DNA from: Wickerhamiella versatilis
Lineage: Eukaryota
Length of the DNA: 64,000 bases
Direction: 5' to 3'
NCBI GenBank assembly: GCA_030867685.1
Contig: JAQOWU010000008.1
Coordinates: 1,550,001 to 1,614,000, forward strand
The notes under the pieces are model-generated. The model worked only from the letters and a program-made list of their open reading frames with translations. It made no database searches and was not told the origin of the DNA. The position numbers and the translations under genes are program-made. Of this stretch, positions 35,241 through 44,512 are shown piece after piece. The first letter of the stretch is position 1. Each line of letters opens with the position of its first letter.

Positions 35241-36476
35241 ATGATCACGTTCTTCCGAGGCCACCCGGGGAACGAGCTTTTGCCCAGTGGCCTCATTCTT
35301 GAGGCCAGCAAACAAGTACTTGGGCATGAAAGAAGTACAGACAATGATGAAAAGACCCGGCATCCGTTGACTTATGGTGCGGATGAGGGTGCTTTGGCCG
35401 TACGGGAGATCCTTGCAAAGTGGACGAGGGAGAAACTTGGCGGAACCTGCAGCGCAGATTGCATCAATTTAACCAATGGTGCTTCCTATGGAGCTGCATC
35501 TGCACTTTTGCAATGCTGTCCCGAAAACTATACCCGTAAAGCATTCAGTGCTTCCCCAACCTACTTTCTAATAAATCAAATACTCACGGACGCAGGGTTT
35601 TCTGGTCGAACGGTAGCAGTCGAGGAGACGGAAAAAGGCCTAGATATTACAGGTTTTGAACAAATGCTTAAAGATGATCATCAGAAAGCCCAATTGGATC
35701 CACCATTGTCCAATGAAGGTAATCGACATTTCAGATACGTTCTCTACATTGTGCCTACCTTCAGCAACCCATGTGGTTATACAATGACCTTGGAAGAGCG
35801 TCTGAAGTTACTGAGTTTGGCACGGAAGTATGATGTATTGATTCTATGTGACGAGGTCTATAATTGCCTGGACTACGGGGTGGAAGGAGCATTGCCTCCT
35901 CTTTTGGTTACATTAGACCGGGAAACTCTACCCGAAGGAAGCGTTGGTAATGTTATTGCAAATTACTCAATGTCGAAATATCTCGGGCCTGGTTTACGTG
36001 TTGGCTGGCAAGAGGCTGCAACTCATAAACTTGGTTACCAGTTATCACAGAGTGGTGCAATTCGCAGTGGTGGTACACCTGCTCAGTTGAACTCCTTTTT
36101 GGTTGGACGACTGGTAGAATCCAAGATGTGTGATCAAATACTGCGTATGCTCAATGCAGAATATGGCCGTCGTGCCGTTGAATACCGCGAGGCTATGGAG
36201 AAATATCTTCCTGCTGGTACAAATATAACTGGTGGTCATGGCGGCTATTTCTTCTGGGTGATATTTCCTGATGGATATGACGTCCAAGCTATTACGAGAG
36301 AATGTAAAGAAAATGATATAGTTCTCTCCCCAGGACAACATTTTGAAGTCACGGGAGATGAAAAAGGCTGGGAAAAGCATTGCTTCAGGGTATCGTTGAG
36401 CTACCACCCATCGTCGGAAGCAATACCAGCTATCAAGACTTGGGGTGAGATTTCAGCACTACATTTCCGAAAATAG
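35241..36476 (+). CDS. Class I PLP-dependent aminotransferase (Yer152c-like)
   Basis: FFRGHP, VPTFSNP, CDEVY, SMSKYLGPGLRVGW. Confidence 0.88.
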   Translation: MITFFRGHPGNELLPSGLILEASKQVLGHERSTDNDEKTRHPLTYGADEGALAVREILAKWTREKLGGTCSADCINLTNGASYGAASALLQCCPENYTRKAFSASPTYFLINQILTDAGFSGRTVAVEETEKGLDITGFEQMLKDDHQKAQLDPPLSNEGNRHFRYVLYIVPTFSNPCGYTMTLEERLKLLSLARKYDVLILCDEVYNCLDYGVEGALPPLLVTLDRETLPEGSVGNVIANYSMSKYLGPGLRVGWQEAATHKLGYQLSQSGAIRSGGTPAQLNSFLVGRLVESKMCDQILRMLNAEYGRRAVEYREAMEKYLPAGTNITGGHGGYFFWVIFPDGYDVQAITRECKENDIVLSPGQHFEVTGDEKGWEKHCFRVSLSYHPSSEAIPAIKTWGEISALHFRK

Positions 36477-36585
36477 GTAGCACGCTAAGTTCCCGATGAA
36501 AAAAATGCTTAAATACTATGCACTAAGAAGTATTTCGTTTGTAGTTATAGATGAGACAAATAATTCAGCCCGGCAGCGGTGGGAA

Positions 36586-37809
36586 TCAAGAAAAAGTACT
36601 ACCAACAGTGACTAGGGGGTCTGAAACTGTAAGGAGACCCTGCCTTTTAAGGTTTTCTCTGATGTCACGCTGTAAACGCAAAAAATCTGCACCAAACGCA
36701 GCATCTCGCTTTAAGACTTCACCAGCCACAGTAGGGAAAGCCTGCATAAATACTCTGGCAGCATCCGCATTGGTAGATGCTGAGAAAAGAAGCTGAGCCT
36801 GAGACTCTATAGGCAACCTTCGAACTGATGCTGCTGGAAGATTCAAAAGTCCCAGAATGATTGGATTCTGAACCAAATTTACAAACACAGGAAGGTTTGA
36901 CTGCGAGAGTTCGAGTCTTCCCAATAGCATTGGATGTGTTTGAATCAGGTAGCCAGGGTCAATGCGTGATAGCAGATTAGGATCACATCGCGCGGCTAGA
37001 GAATAACATGAGTCTAGCTCGAGAAACAGTGGCAGCGGAGCCAAACTCAGAAGCTTCGCCAGATCTGGATTTGGCTGATCCGAAGACGAGTAGATTTTGG
37101 CTCCCTCGTCATAAACAGGAAGCAGGGCTGGCGAATTCGGTACTGCTTTAGCCAACTGGGTCGTGTAATTCAATCGTAGATGGGCTAACAAAGGATCTTC
37201 AGGACATTCCAGCGGCCAAACAGCATAATTTAGGGGTATAGACTCGGGTCTGGCCAAATTGGCCTCCATGAGTCTTCCTTGGAGCTCCGCTGGCCCATTG
37301 TATAACTCCTGGTAAGGCAAATAATTTCCAAGTTGGTCTAATTCTGCTAAACGCCGAACCAAATCATCCCAAGGCTGTGCCGGTGTATCTGGATCTAAGA
37401 CAAAAGAAATAGCTTCTTTAATTTTGGCACTTATCACAGAATCCTCCAAGTCAGTTGGCGTGACCCGACTAAGCTGCTCGACAACTATAGGTCGGAGTAT
37501 GTGATTATGCAGATCTAGTGCGTTATAGGGTAATTTGGAGACTGGTACATCACGGAAGAGGGCGTTCACAGTGGATAAAGGAATTTTTGCTGCCTCCAAT
37601 GGACGCTCTTCGACTAGCCTTAGCAGCCGCGGAAGAAGTGCATTACGGAGCTCAGAAAGCTCCTCGTTAGAAAGACCAAGAGTGATGTATTCCAAGGAAT
37701 CTACTTCAAGCTCTCCACCTGAAAGGGCTGTGTCAATTGCTGCTACCGAATCATTACGCGACCCCATACCCTGATTTTGCCGGGGCGGCAGATACCTAAA
37801 TATAGCCAC
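36586..37809 (-). CDS. Helical-repeat protein, possibly an Hsm3-like proteasome assembly chaperone
   Basis: Leu-rich helical 407-aa ORF; DPLL and LSRIDP blocks recall Hsm3. Start may be 37767. Confidence 0.45.
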   Translation of the reverse strand: MAIFRYLPPRQNQGMGSRNDSVAAIDTALSGGELEVDSLEYITLGLSNEELSELRNALLPRLLRLVEERPLEAAKIPLSTVNALFRDVPVSKLPYNALDLHNHILRPIVVEQLSRVTPTDLEDSVISAKIKEAISFVLDPDTPAQPWDDLVRRLAELDQLGNYLPYQELYNGPAELQGRLMEANLARPESIPLNYAVWPLECPEDPLLAHLRLNYTTQLAKAVPNSPALLPVYDEGAKIYSSSDQPNPDLAKLLSLAPLPLFLELDSCYSLAARCDPNLLSRIDPGYLIQTHPMLLGRLELSQSNLPVFVNLVQNPIILGLLNLPAASVRRLPIESQAQLLFSASTNADAARVFMQAFPTVAGEVLKRDAAFGADFLRLQRDIRENLKRQGLLTVSDPLVTVGSTFS

Positions 37810-38126
37810 TTCACCTTTTTTTGCTAAGCCAAAAATCGGGTTTCATAGGCATATAAAAACGTCGAAAAAGTAATTCACCTAACCCATTAACATGCAACTA
37901 ATTTGACTGCATACGACGGAGAGCCGAGAGAAACTTAAAATATAGGATATTGATAAAGCTCACAACAGCATTTATGCTAAACTAAGATATATGAGTGCTA
38001 TGATATATAACCATGCACAAAAAACTTGAAACTAATTTCAATCTAGCTCCCTCCATAGACAAAGTGGGGCGTCAGAAGCCCAATCCAACTCTTATTAAGC
38101 TTACTGTATCACATCCTTGCGACTGC

Positions 38127-41100
38127 ATGCCTGAAGGAGGAGGAAAGGAAAGCGCCGGAGCCGAAAACACAAGGGCGCGCACGCAGACTGGTGGATATGT
38201 ACACATTGCTCACAGAAACTCACCAAGTGAGCTTACTCCGCTCATTCAGCAGAATTTAGCCTTGCAGCAGCAGGTTGAAATGCTTCAGGCCCAGAATCAG
38301 CAAATGCTTGCTCAACAGCAGTTAATGGGACCACCGCCGGTATTTGTCCCTCAAATGGTACCTATGTACTCGCCTTATGGTTCGCCTTCAACACCTGGTA
38401 ATTCGACCAGTGGGACCGGTCATAGTCGTACTAAGTCGTACCAGGGCCATGCACGTAGGCATTCCCTTGCTGTCGGCGAAGCACGTAGGGCTGCACAAGC
38501 AGAACAACAACGTCGTGAAAGTCCTCAAAGAAACGAAAAATCAGGGGATGTGGTTCCCGAAATTCAGGTTGATAGCCCTTCGCTGGAGCCCACCCAGGGG
38601 TTCAGATTTCCCCCGCCACCTCGACCTGAGAGTCCTCGGAGATCACAAGGCCGTACTCCGAGTCCTGTGCGTACCCATCAACGTGCAGGTAGCCATGCTC
38701 ACCGCCGGTCGGGCTCGCGAAATTTTGATCAGAATTGGCGACAACCATCAATAGCCTCAGAGGAGCAGATGGCTCCGCCTTGGCTTGGTCACAGATCGCG
38801 GGGAAGTTTTGGATCCGTTAGCTCTATTTCGGCTTTCACGGAACAGTCTAATCAGCAAGGTGGTCGGAAGTCTCTATTCGTGCCTTATCTTGCGCAAGCT
38901 GCGGTGACACAATTGGTTAGTGAAGGCCAGTTGGTTGTAGGCACATTGCGTGTCAACCATAAAAATCGTAGTGATGCATATGTTACAACAGATGCACTTG
39001 ATGCCGACATCTTCATTTGTGGGTCAAAGGACCGTAATCGGGCTCTAGAAGGGGACTTGGTTGCGGTTGAATTACTTGACGTTAGCGAAGTTTGGGACGC
39101 AAAGCGTGAAAAAGAGGAGAAAAAGCGTCGACGTGAACAAGAAAATGATGATGCTCGTCTCATAGAGACTCCTGGTGGTGTCCTAAGGCGTAAGGGATCG
39201 CTCAAGCAACGACCACCTCAAAAGAGAAGTGATGATGTAGAGGTTGAAGGGCAAACTTTACTGCTTCGAGAAGAAGAGCCTCTCAGCAATGAAGCACGTC
39301 CACTCTACGCAGGGCATGTTGTGGCCATCATGGAAAGACCCGCTGGTCAATTGTTTAGTGGTACGCTAGGACTGTTGCGACCTTCTTCGCAGGCCACTAA
39401 AGAAAGGCAGCAGCAAGAGCGAGTGGAAAAGGGTGAACCTCCCGTAGCCGAGCAGCAGCGTAGTAACGACCGTCCAAAAATTGTTTGGTTTAAGCCCACA
39501 AACAAATGTGTTCCTCTAATGGCCATACCTACAGATCAGGCTCCCAAGGATCTGGTGGAAAATGCCAGCAAATATGTTGACCGCATCTTTGTGGCTCAAA
39601 TTAAGCGCTGGCCCATAACCTCTCTTCATCCTTTTGGAACTCTAGTCGAGGAGTTGGGCTTGGGTGATGATCCAAATGTTCAACGTACTGCAATTCTCCG
39701 TGATAACAATTTCAACGCTCATAGATTCTCAGAAGGAGCCGCGGATGAAGTTGCAGAAGCGGCCACACTACAGCAAGAACAGCAGGCAGGACGATCTGAG
39801 CTCAAGGGAATAAAGATTAACCGTCAATTGGCATACTCTTTGAATGATGATAAAACACTACTGCAGGTCAATGTTGTAGATGTGACCCCTTTCATCAGGG
39901 TTGGTGGACTTCTCGATCGTGAATTGCGCCACAAAAGCGCTGGTGTTTACATGGAGGGTGGCAATGACTCTCCTCTTTTACCTGATGAGTTTGCGGATAA
40001 ACTGGGTTTCGTTGTTGGCCGCACCTGCCCTGCATTAACTGTCGAATATTCATTTGAAAATGGACAAATTATTGATACCAAGTTATTTGCTAGCAGTGTT
40101 GAAATAGAGCAAGGTGAGATTACCGATGATTTGCGTGATGTTGCCAATACGCTGCGAAAGTCTCGTGGTGGGGCTGAGCTAGATGTGGATGCACTCTTGG
40201 AAATTTGTGACCCTATACGTCCACCCCTAAGTGATGCCACTGTCGATGACCATTGTATTGCAGAGTTAGTGCATCATACAAATGCAATTGTCGCTGCGAA
40301 GCTTTTGGCGCGCACAGGAAATGCTGCGCTTATTCGTTGTCAGAATGAACCTTCTATAGCTAGTCTGGAGGCATTAGCGAGCCGGCTTCGTGCTTCCAAC
40401 ATCTCAGTTGATACAACCAGTGCGGCGACGCTGGGATCCAGCATTGCGGCTCTTATGAAACCAGAGTCTACTGCATTTAAAGCTCAAATCGCGAAGATTT
40501 TGCCCCCGCAGAAATACATACCTGCTCGCCGCGCAAAGCCTTTGCAATTAGGCCATTGGTGGTACTCTTTCCCCGTTTATACCCATTTTTGTTCACCGTT
40601 GATTCGTTATGCCGACCATATCGTTCACCGCCAAGTGCATGCGGTGCTTCAGGGTTTGATACCAGACTCGACAAATTTAGAGCAAATGGCTGCTGAACTC
40701 ACTTTCCGACATGATTCTGCACGACAGGCCCAAGAGCAAAGCTTGCACTTGGAACTGAGCAAGTCGCTAGCTGATGCTGCGAGTCATGCTGGTGGTTTTG
40801 TTCTTAAACGAGGCATTGTCGTCCAGGTATACGAGTCAGCCTTTGACGTTGTGATCCCAGAGCTAAGCGTTGAGAAGCGTGTTCATGGTGACCAACTCCC
40901 TTTGGTTAAAGCTGAGTACAGACCTAAGGATGAAGTGCTTGAACTATGGTGGCTTCGTGATGCGGATGTTGCTACCTATACCCCTTCAAATGCACCTGCA
41001 CCTCTGACTAGCACAGGAACTCCTGATTTGGTATTAAAATCGGAATTGAATGTTTCAGATGTGCTGAAGAAACAAACCCTCCGGCAAGCAGATGCCGTTC

Positions 41101-41210
41101 AGGAAATTAAGCCTCTATTAGAGGTTCCTGTGTTGATCCGCGCTGATTTCGGAGTCCGAGTACTGCCATCAATTACTGTGCGTACTGTGAATCCGTTCGG
41201 ACCCTATTAG
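38127..41210 (+). CDS. SSD1: Ssd1 RNA-binding RNase II-family pseudonuclease
   Basis: HIAHRNSPSELT, repeated HxRxxS Cbk1 sites, DIFICGSKDRNRALEGD, KRWPITSLHPFG. Probable ATG at 38127. Confidence 0.95.
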   Translation: MPEGGGKESAGAENTRARTQTGGYVHIAHRNSPSELTPLIQQNLALQQQVEMLQAQNQQMLAQQQLMGPPPVFVPQMVPMYSPYGSPSTPGNSTSGTGHSRTKSYQGHARRHSLAVGEARRAAQAEQQRRESPQRNEKSGDVVPEIQVDSPSLEPTQGFRFPPPPRPESPRRSQGRTPSPVRTHQRAGSHAHRRSGSRNFDQNWRQPSIASEEQMAPPWLGHRSRGSFGSVSSISAFTEQSNQQGGRKSLFVPYLAQAAVTQLVSEGQLVVGTLRVNHKNRSDAYVTTDALDADIFICGSKDRNRALEGDLVAVELLDVSEVWDAKREKEEKKRRREQENDDARLIETPGGVLRRKGSLKQRPPQKRSDDVEVEGQTLLLREEEPLSNEARPLYAGHVVAIMERPAGQLFSGTLGLLRPSSQATKERQQQERVEKGEPPVAEQQRSNDRPKIVWFKPTNKCVPLMAIPTDQAPKDLVENASKYVDRIFVAQIKRWPITSLHPFGTLVEELGLGDDPNVQRTAILRDNNFNAHRFSEGAADEVAEAATLQQEQQAGRSELKGIKINRQLAYSLNDDKTLLQVNVVDVTPFIRVGGLLDRELRHKSAGVYMEGGNDSPLLPDEFADKLGFVVGRTCPALTVEYSFENGQIIDTKLFASSVEIEQGEITDDLRDVANTLRKSRGGAELDVDALLEICDPIRPPLSDATVDDHCIAELVHHTNAIVAAKLLARTGNAALIRCQNEPSIASLEALASRLRASNISVDTTSAATLGSSIAALMKPESTAFKAQIAKILPPQKYIPARRAKPLQLGHWWYSFPVYTHFCSPLIRYADHIVHRQVHAVLQGLIPDSTNLEQMAAELTFRHDSARQAQEQSLHLELSKSLADAASHAGGFVLKRGIVVQVYESAFDVVIPELSVEKRVHGDQLPLVKAEYRPKDEVLELWWLRDADVATYTPSNAPAPLTSTGTPDLVLKSELNVSDVLKKQTLRQADAVQEIKPLLEVPVLIRADFGVRVLPSITVRTVNPFGPY

Positions 41211-41297
41211 ATTAATAGATTCGTAATATCAATACGCATTATATGTTCTACCATTAGAAAAAAGAATTCCCTCTGTCAAGGTTCTTGCAATATTAGG

Positions 41298-42731
41298 ATG
41301 ATTAATCAAAGTGATCATATGAACTACAATTATCAGGAAGTGACGCCAAGTCCTAGCACTTCGGATATTGTAGATTCTTCTCAATCAAGTGAAGATGATT
41401 CAGAAATTGGCTTTCACCACCGAGTTCCAACTATTGTTGGTCGGAACATCGCTGGGTGGGATGGCGTCACCATTACCGTCTTGTTAGCTTCTGATCATAT
41501 AAAGCTGGCTTTTTCAAATTGGGGAAAAGACGTAGTCGATGATATACACTGGACTGCAGGCTGGCAGGATGGTGCTGATCCTTTGCGCGATTACTCTGAC
41601 AATCAAACGAGGTCTCTCGTTCAATTGCAACTACTATCTGGTTTGCTGAGTACAGGGGAGCCTACGCGGCTTAAAGCCTCAACAAGTGCGCTTGAGGATG
41701 CACTCAGTTCTATATCATTTATTGAAGGCCTTTCGCAGCTACCTACTATTGCACCAGTATTCACACATCAACTTGAAAGTCCTGATAGGGATGAACATCA
41801 ACGATTAACGGTATTCGAAGTTGTTGATGATGCAAATGATTTACAAGAAGCTCTTGATGAGATGTTTATGGGCCAAGACAGCCAGGATGAAGATGTTATG
41901 CACTCTGCAGGCTTTCCCAGTGCTTTCTTTGAATACTTGGCCCCTGTAATGGTCATTGACTTGCGAGCTTGGGTTGACGTTATTCCAGTCATTTATCCAA
42001 GCCTGTATAAAAGCGAATTTCGTCCTCAGTGGGAACGGAGGCGAGAACGCATGGTCGCACTGGACAACCGGAGAGGGGTGGTTGAAAGTAAATTGGAACG
42101 TATCAATCATTATCAAAGCTATCGTGTCTATGATTTATTGAAGCTTGCAGGTGATGCTTTGAGGTCTAAAAATTCCGATGTAGCGGAGGATCTTGACCAA
42201 GCGAAGCAAAGAGTTGATCAGGCAGTAGTGAATTTGGAGGATGAGCTTTCCAGTATTGATCAAGATCGCAGCGAAATTTTTGAATCTTTTGCCTACAGTG
42301 GAGATGGTGATACATGGAATGAAGGGTTGACTCCTTATAGGCTGGTGGGTGTCGCAATAGCACCCGTCGCCTACTTTGCACGGAGAGGAAATAGTTGGAT
42401 TCATTGCCAAGGAGGAGTATGTGGGGCATGTACAGAGGAACAAGTTCTTAGTGCTGCCTCCAGAGCCAGGTTCGCTCGCCTTGTGTATGAATGTAGTCTT
42501 CCCAAACGTTCCACCGAAGCAGGGTCGCTGGTCGCACCGTCAGTGAAACGTTTTTTCGATAAGGACTCAGAAATGATAGCGCATTTAGCAGCAGCTGAAG
42601 AGGCTGCAAACAATGAACAAGAAACGGGTGCAAAAGAGGCCGAAGTGGAATCTGAGAGGGGGTCAATAACAGCGCCAAACCCAGAGGTTGACGCAAGCTC
42701 CAAGCCAGAGACTGGTTATGAAGCTGAATAG
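41298..42731 (+). CDS. Uncharacterised protein, possibly Rup1-like (inactive USP-like fold)
   Basis: Central coiled coil plus C-terminal PYRLVGVA...W...EEQVLSAA...LVYE. Confidence 0.5.
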   Translation: MINQSDHMNYNYQEVTPSPSTSDIVDSSQSSEDDSEIGFHHRVPTIVGRNIAGWDGVTITVLLASDHIKLAFSNWGKDVVDDIHWTAGWQDGADPLRDYSDNQTRSLVQLQLLSGLLSTGEPTRLKASTSALEDALSSISFIEGLSQLPTIAPVFTHQLESPDRDEHQRLTVFEVVDDANDLQEALDEMFMGQDSQDEDVMHSAGFPSAFFEYLAPVMVIDLRAWVDVIPVIYPSLYKSEFRPQWERRRERMVALDNRRGVVESKLERINHYQSYRVYDLLKLAGDALRSKNSDVAEDLDQAKQRVDQAVVNLEDELSSIDQDRSEIFESFAYSGDGDTWNEGLTPYRLVGVAIAPVAYFARRGNSWIHCQGGVCGACTEEQVLSAASRARFARLVYECSLPKRSTEAGSLVAPSVKRFFDKDSEMIAHLAAAEEAANNEQETGAKEAEVESERGSITAPNPEVDASSKPETGYEAE

Positions 42732-42786
42732 CAAGGTGGCATCAAACAAAAACTTGGCAAAGATATGATATAGTTATGAGCATAGC

Positions 42787-43521
42787 TTAATTGAAACTTC
42801 TACTAGAAATTCGACGATACCGCCTTGCTCTTCTTTGGAGAATAGATGAGGACTCGCCGAGCATAAATTTAATTAATGGCCCTTTACATAGCACTTTCTC
42901 CCGCGATGTACGTTTCCAAACCTCTTCACATGGTGCCAAAGGGGTTTCTATTGTTTGAACGCCAAGTGGCCAGTCTTCTGGGAATTCAGCATCAAAAGAG
43001 CATCTACGCGGTAAAAAGATATGCTTGATCCCCCCACGTTGTAATATAAGAGTAAGAGTGTGGAGAACTCTGCCCAAATCTGATCCGGAAGGCCATAAAG
43101 CCTGTGATAAGTCTAGAATATGAAGCTTGGGTATATCAGCGATGGAAAATAACATACTTGTAGAAATTTCAATTCTATACTGTACTACAAGCCACAAGCC
43201 AACGGCCTCGGGCAATGGTACACGCATGCTCTCCAATAACGTGGGCAGATCAACGTAGCAGTTCACGTTTGTCAATTGCACTTCATAAACACTATCGATA
43301 TCGATAGATGGCTTAAAATACATTAAACGTACCCAAAATTCTAGTGAATCGAGCCCTGCATATTTTGCCGCCTGCCACACTCGGACCCAAACTCTGGCAG
43401 GTGCGGCTTCAATATGCTGATTGGATATTTGCCTTATGCGCAAAGCCAGCACACGAGCACAAACATCAACAAGTGTTCTCTCGGAAAGCCTCACTCGTTT
43501 TGGTGTCCGTTCCAACCTCAC
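42787..43521 (-). CDS. Uncharacterised protein with LRR-like segments; no in-frame ATG at the 5' end
   Basis: 244-codon ORF (TLVDVCARVL, IPKLHILDLS) occupying the whole interval between neighbours; begins at GTG. Confidence 0.55.
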   Translation of the reverse strand: MRLERTPKRVRLSERTLVDVCARVLALRIRQISNQHIEAAPARVWVRVWQAAKYAGLDSLEFWVRLMYFKPSIDIDSVYEVQLTNVNCYVDLPTLLESMRVPLPEAVGLWLVVQYRIEISTSMLFSIADIPKLHILDLSQALWPSGSDLGRVLHTLTLILQRGGIKHIFLPRRCSFDAEFPEDWPLGVQTIETPLAPCEEVWKRTSREKVLCKGPLIKFMLGESSSILQRRARRYRRISSRSFN

Positions 43522-43578
43522 ACGTTCAACATCAGGCCTCCAAATTGTCTCACGTAACGACTAAATAATGATCCTCTG

Positions 43579-44154
43579 ATGGCACTAAAAGAGGAGATTG
43601 CAGAGTACCAGGAGCAGTTGAAAGAGATACGTAGTGCTCTGCTAGAAGATTCTGAGAATGAAGAACTGAAAATCGTCGAGTCAGAGCTCGTCGATCTTAT
43701 TGAGCAGTTATCCTCCTTAGAGTCGCCCAAGGAAGCAGCAGAGGCGACAGAGGCGGCAGAGCCAAAGCCGGAGGTCAAGCCTATCAAGTCTGAGGAACAT
43801 GAGGGTGAATTGAAGCCTAAGAAAGACACACAATGGCAGGTAGGCAGTGAGGTTTTGATAGTGAGCCCCAATGAACCTTCGCAGACTGGTGTCATTGTCT
43901 CAGTGACCGGAAGCAGTACCCTCCCTATTTATACCGTAAAATTTCGTAGCACTGGACGAGTTGAAAATGTTGCGAAAGAGAGACTTCGAACCCCACCTGC
44001 GAAAATAGTAAAGCACCGTAATATGACGAAGGCCGATAGAAAACTGGAGTCTTCAAAGGCTGCATGGAAAGACTTTTCCAAGAAAAACGTAGACCGCCGG
44101 AGAAAAAAGCAACCGGCAACATTAGGAACGCCATCGAAACATCGTCACTTTTAG
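43579..44154 (+). CDS. Spf30/SMNDC1-like Tudor-domain splicing factor
   Basis: EYQEQLKEIRSALLEDSENEEL...ELVDLI N-terminus, Tudor-like WQVGSEV...YTVKF, and SKAAWKDF. Confidence 0.8.
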   Translation: MALKEEIAEYQEQLKEIRSALLEDSENEELKIVESELVDLIEQLSSLESPKEAAEATEAAEPKPEVKPIKSEEHEGELKPKKDTQWQVGSEVLIVSPNEPSQTGVIVSVTGSSTLPIYTVKFRSTGRVENVAKERLRTPPAKIVKHRNMTKADRKLESSKAAWKDFSKKNVDRRRKKQPATLGTPSKHRHF

Positions 44155-44201
44155 TTGCTATTTATCTAGAAACATTAAAGAATAAAATTACGCGTTGTCT
44201 G

Positions 44202-44507
44202 CTATTCTAACAGCCGTCGAACAGAGGCTGCGGCCTTCTTATAGTTGTTCGTGTGAGCTTCCACAGCTTGACTGGCTCGTGCTTTTCGCTCTATAGCCGC
44301 ACCAATCGATGGTGCAACTTCTCCAACAAGGCTACTGTTGGGAATATCATGAAGAGAAAAAGTTGATCCGCGGTCGACATATTTTGACCGAGGATATGCT
44401 GGCAAATTACCGCTAGTGTCATGGGATGGTTTTGGTAAGTCCAATTCCGGTTGCACGAAGCGCTTAAGCTTTTTAAGGGTGACTGGCGGCGGAAGTTTTT
44501 CCAGCAT
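44202..44507 (-). CDS. Small uncharacterised ORF starting 5 nt after the NOT4 stop
   Basis: 101 aa filling the SPF30-NOT4 gap; its frame stays open upstream to ~44659. Confidence 0.5.
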   Translation of the reverse strand: MLEKLPPPVTLKKLKRFVQPELDLPKPSHDTSGNLPAYPRSKYVDRGSTFSLHDIPNSSLVGEVAPSIGAAIERKARASQAVEAHTNNYKKAAASVRRLLE

Positions 44508-44512
44508 CGATT

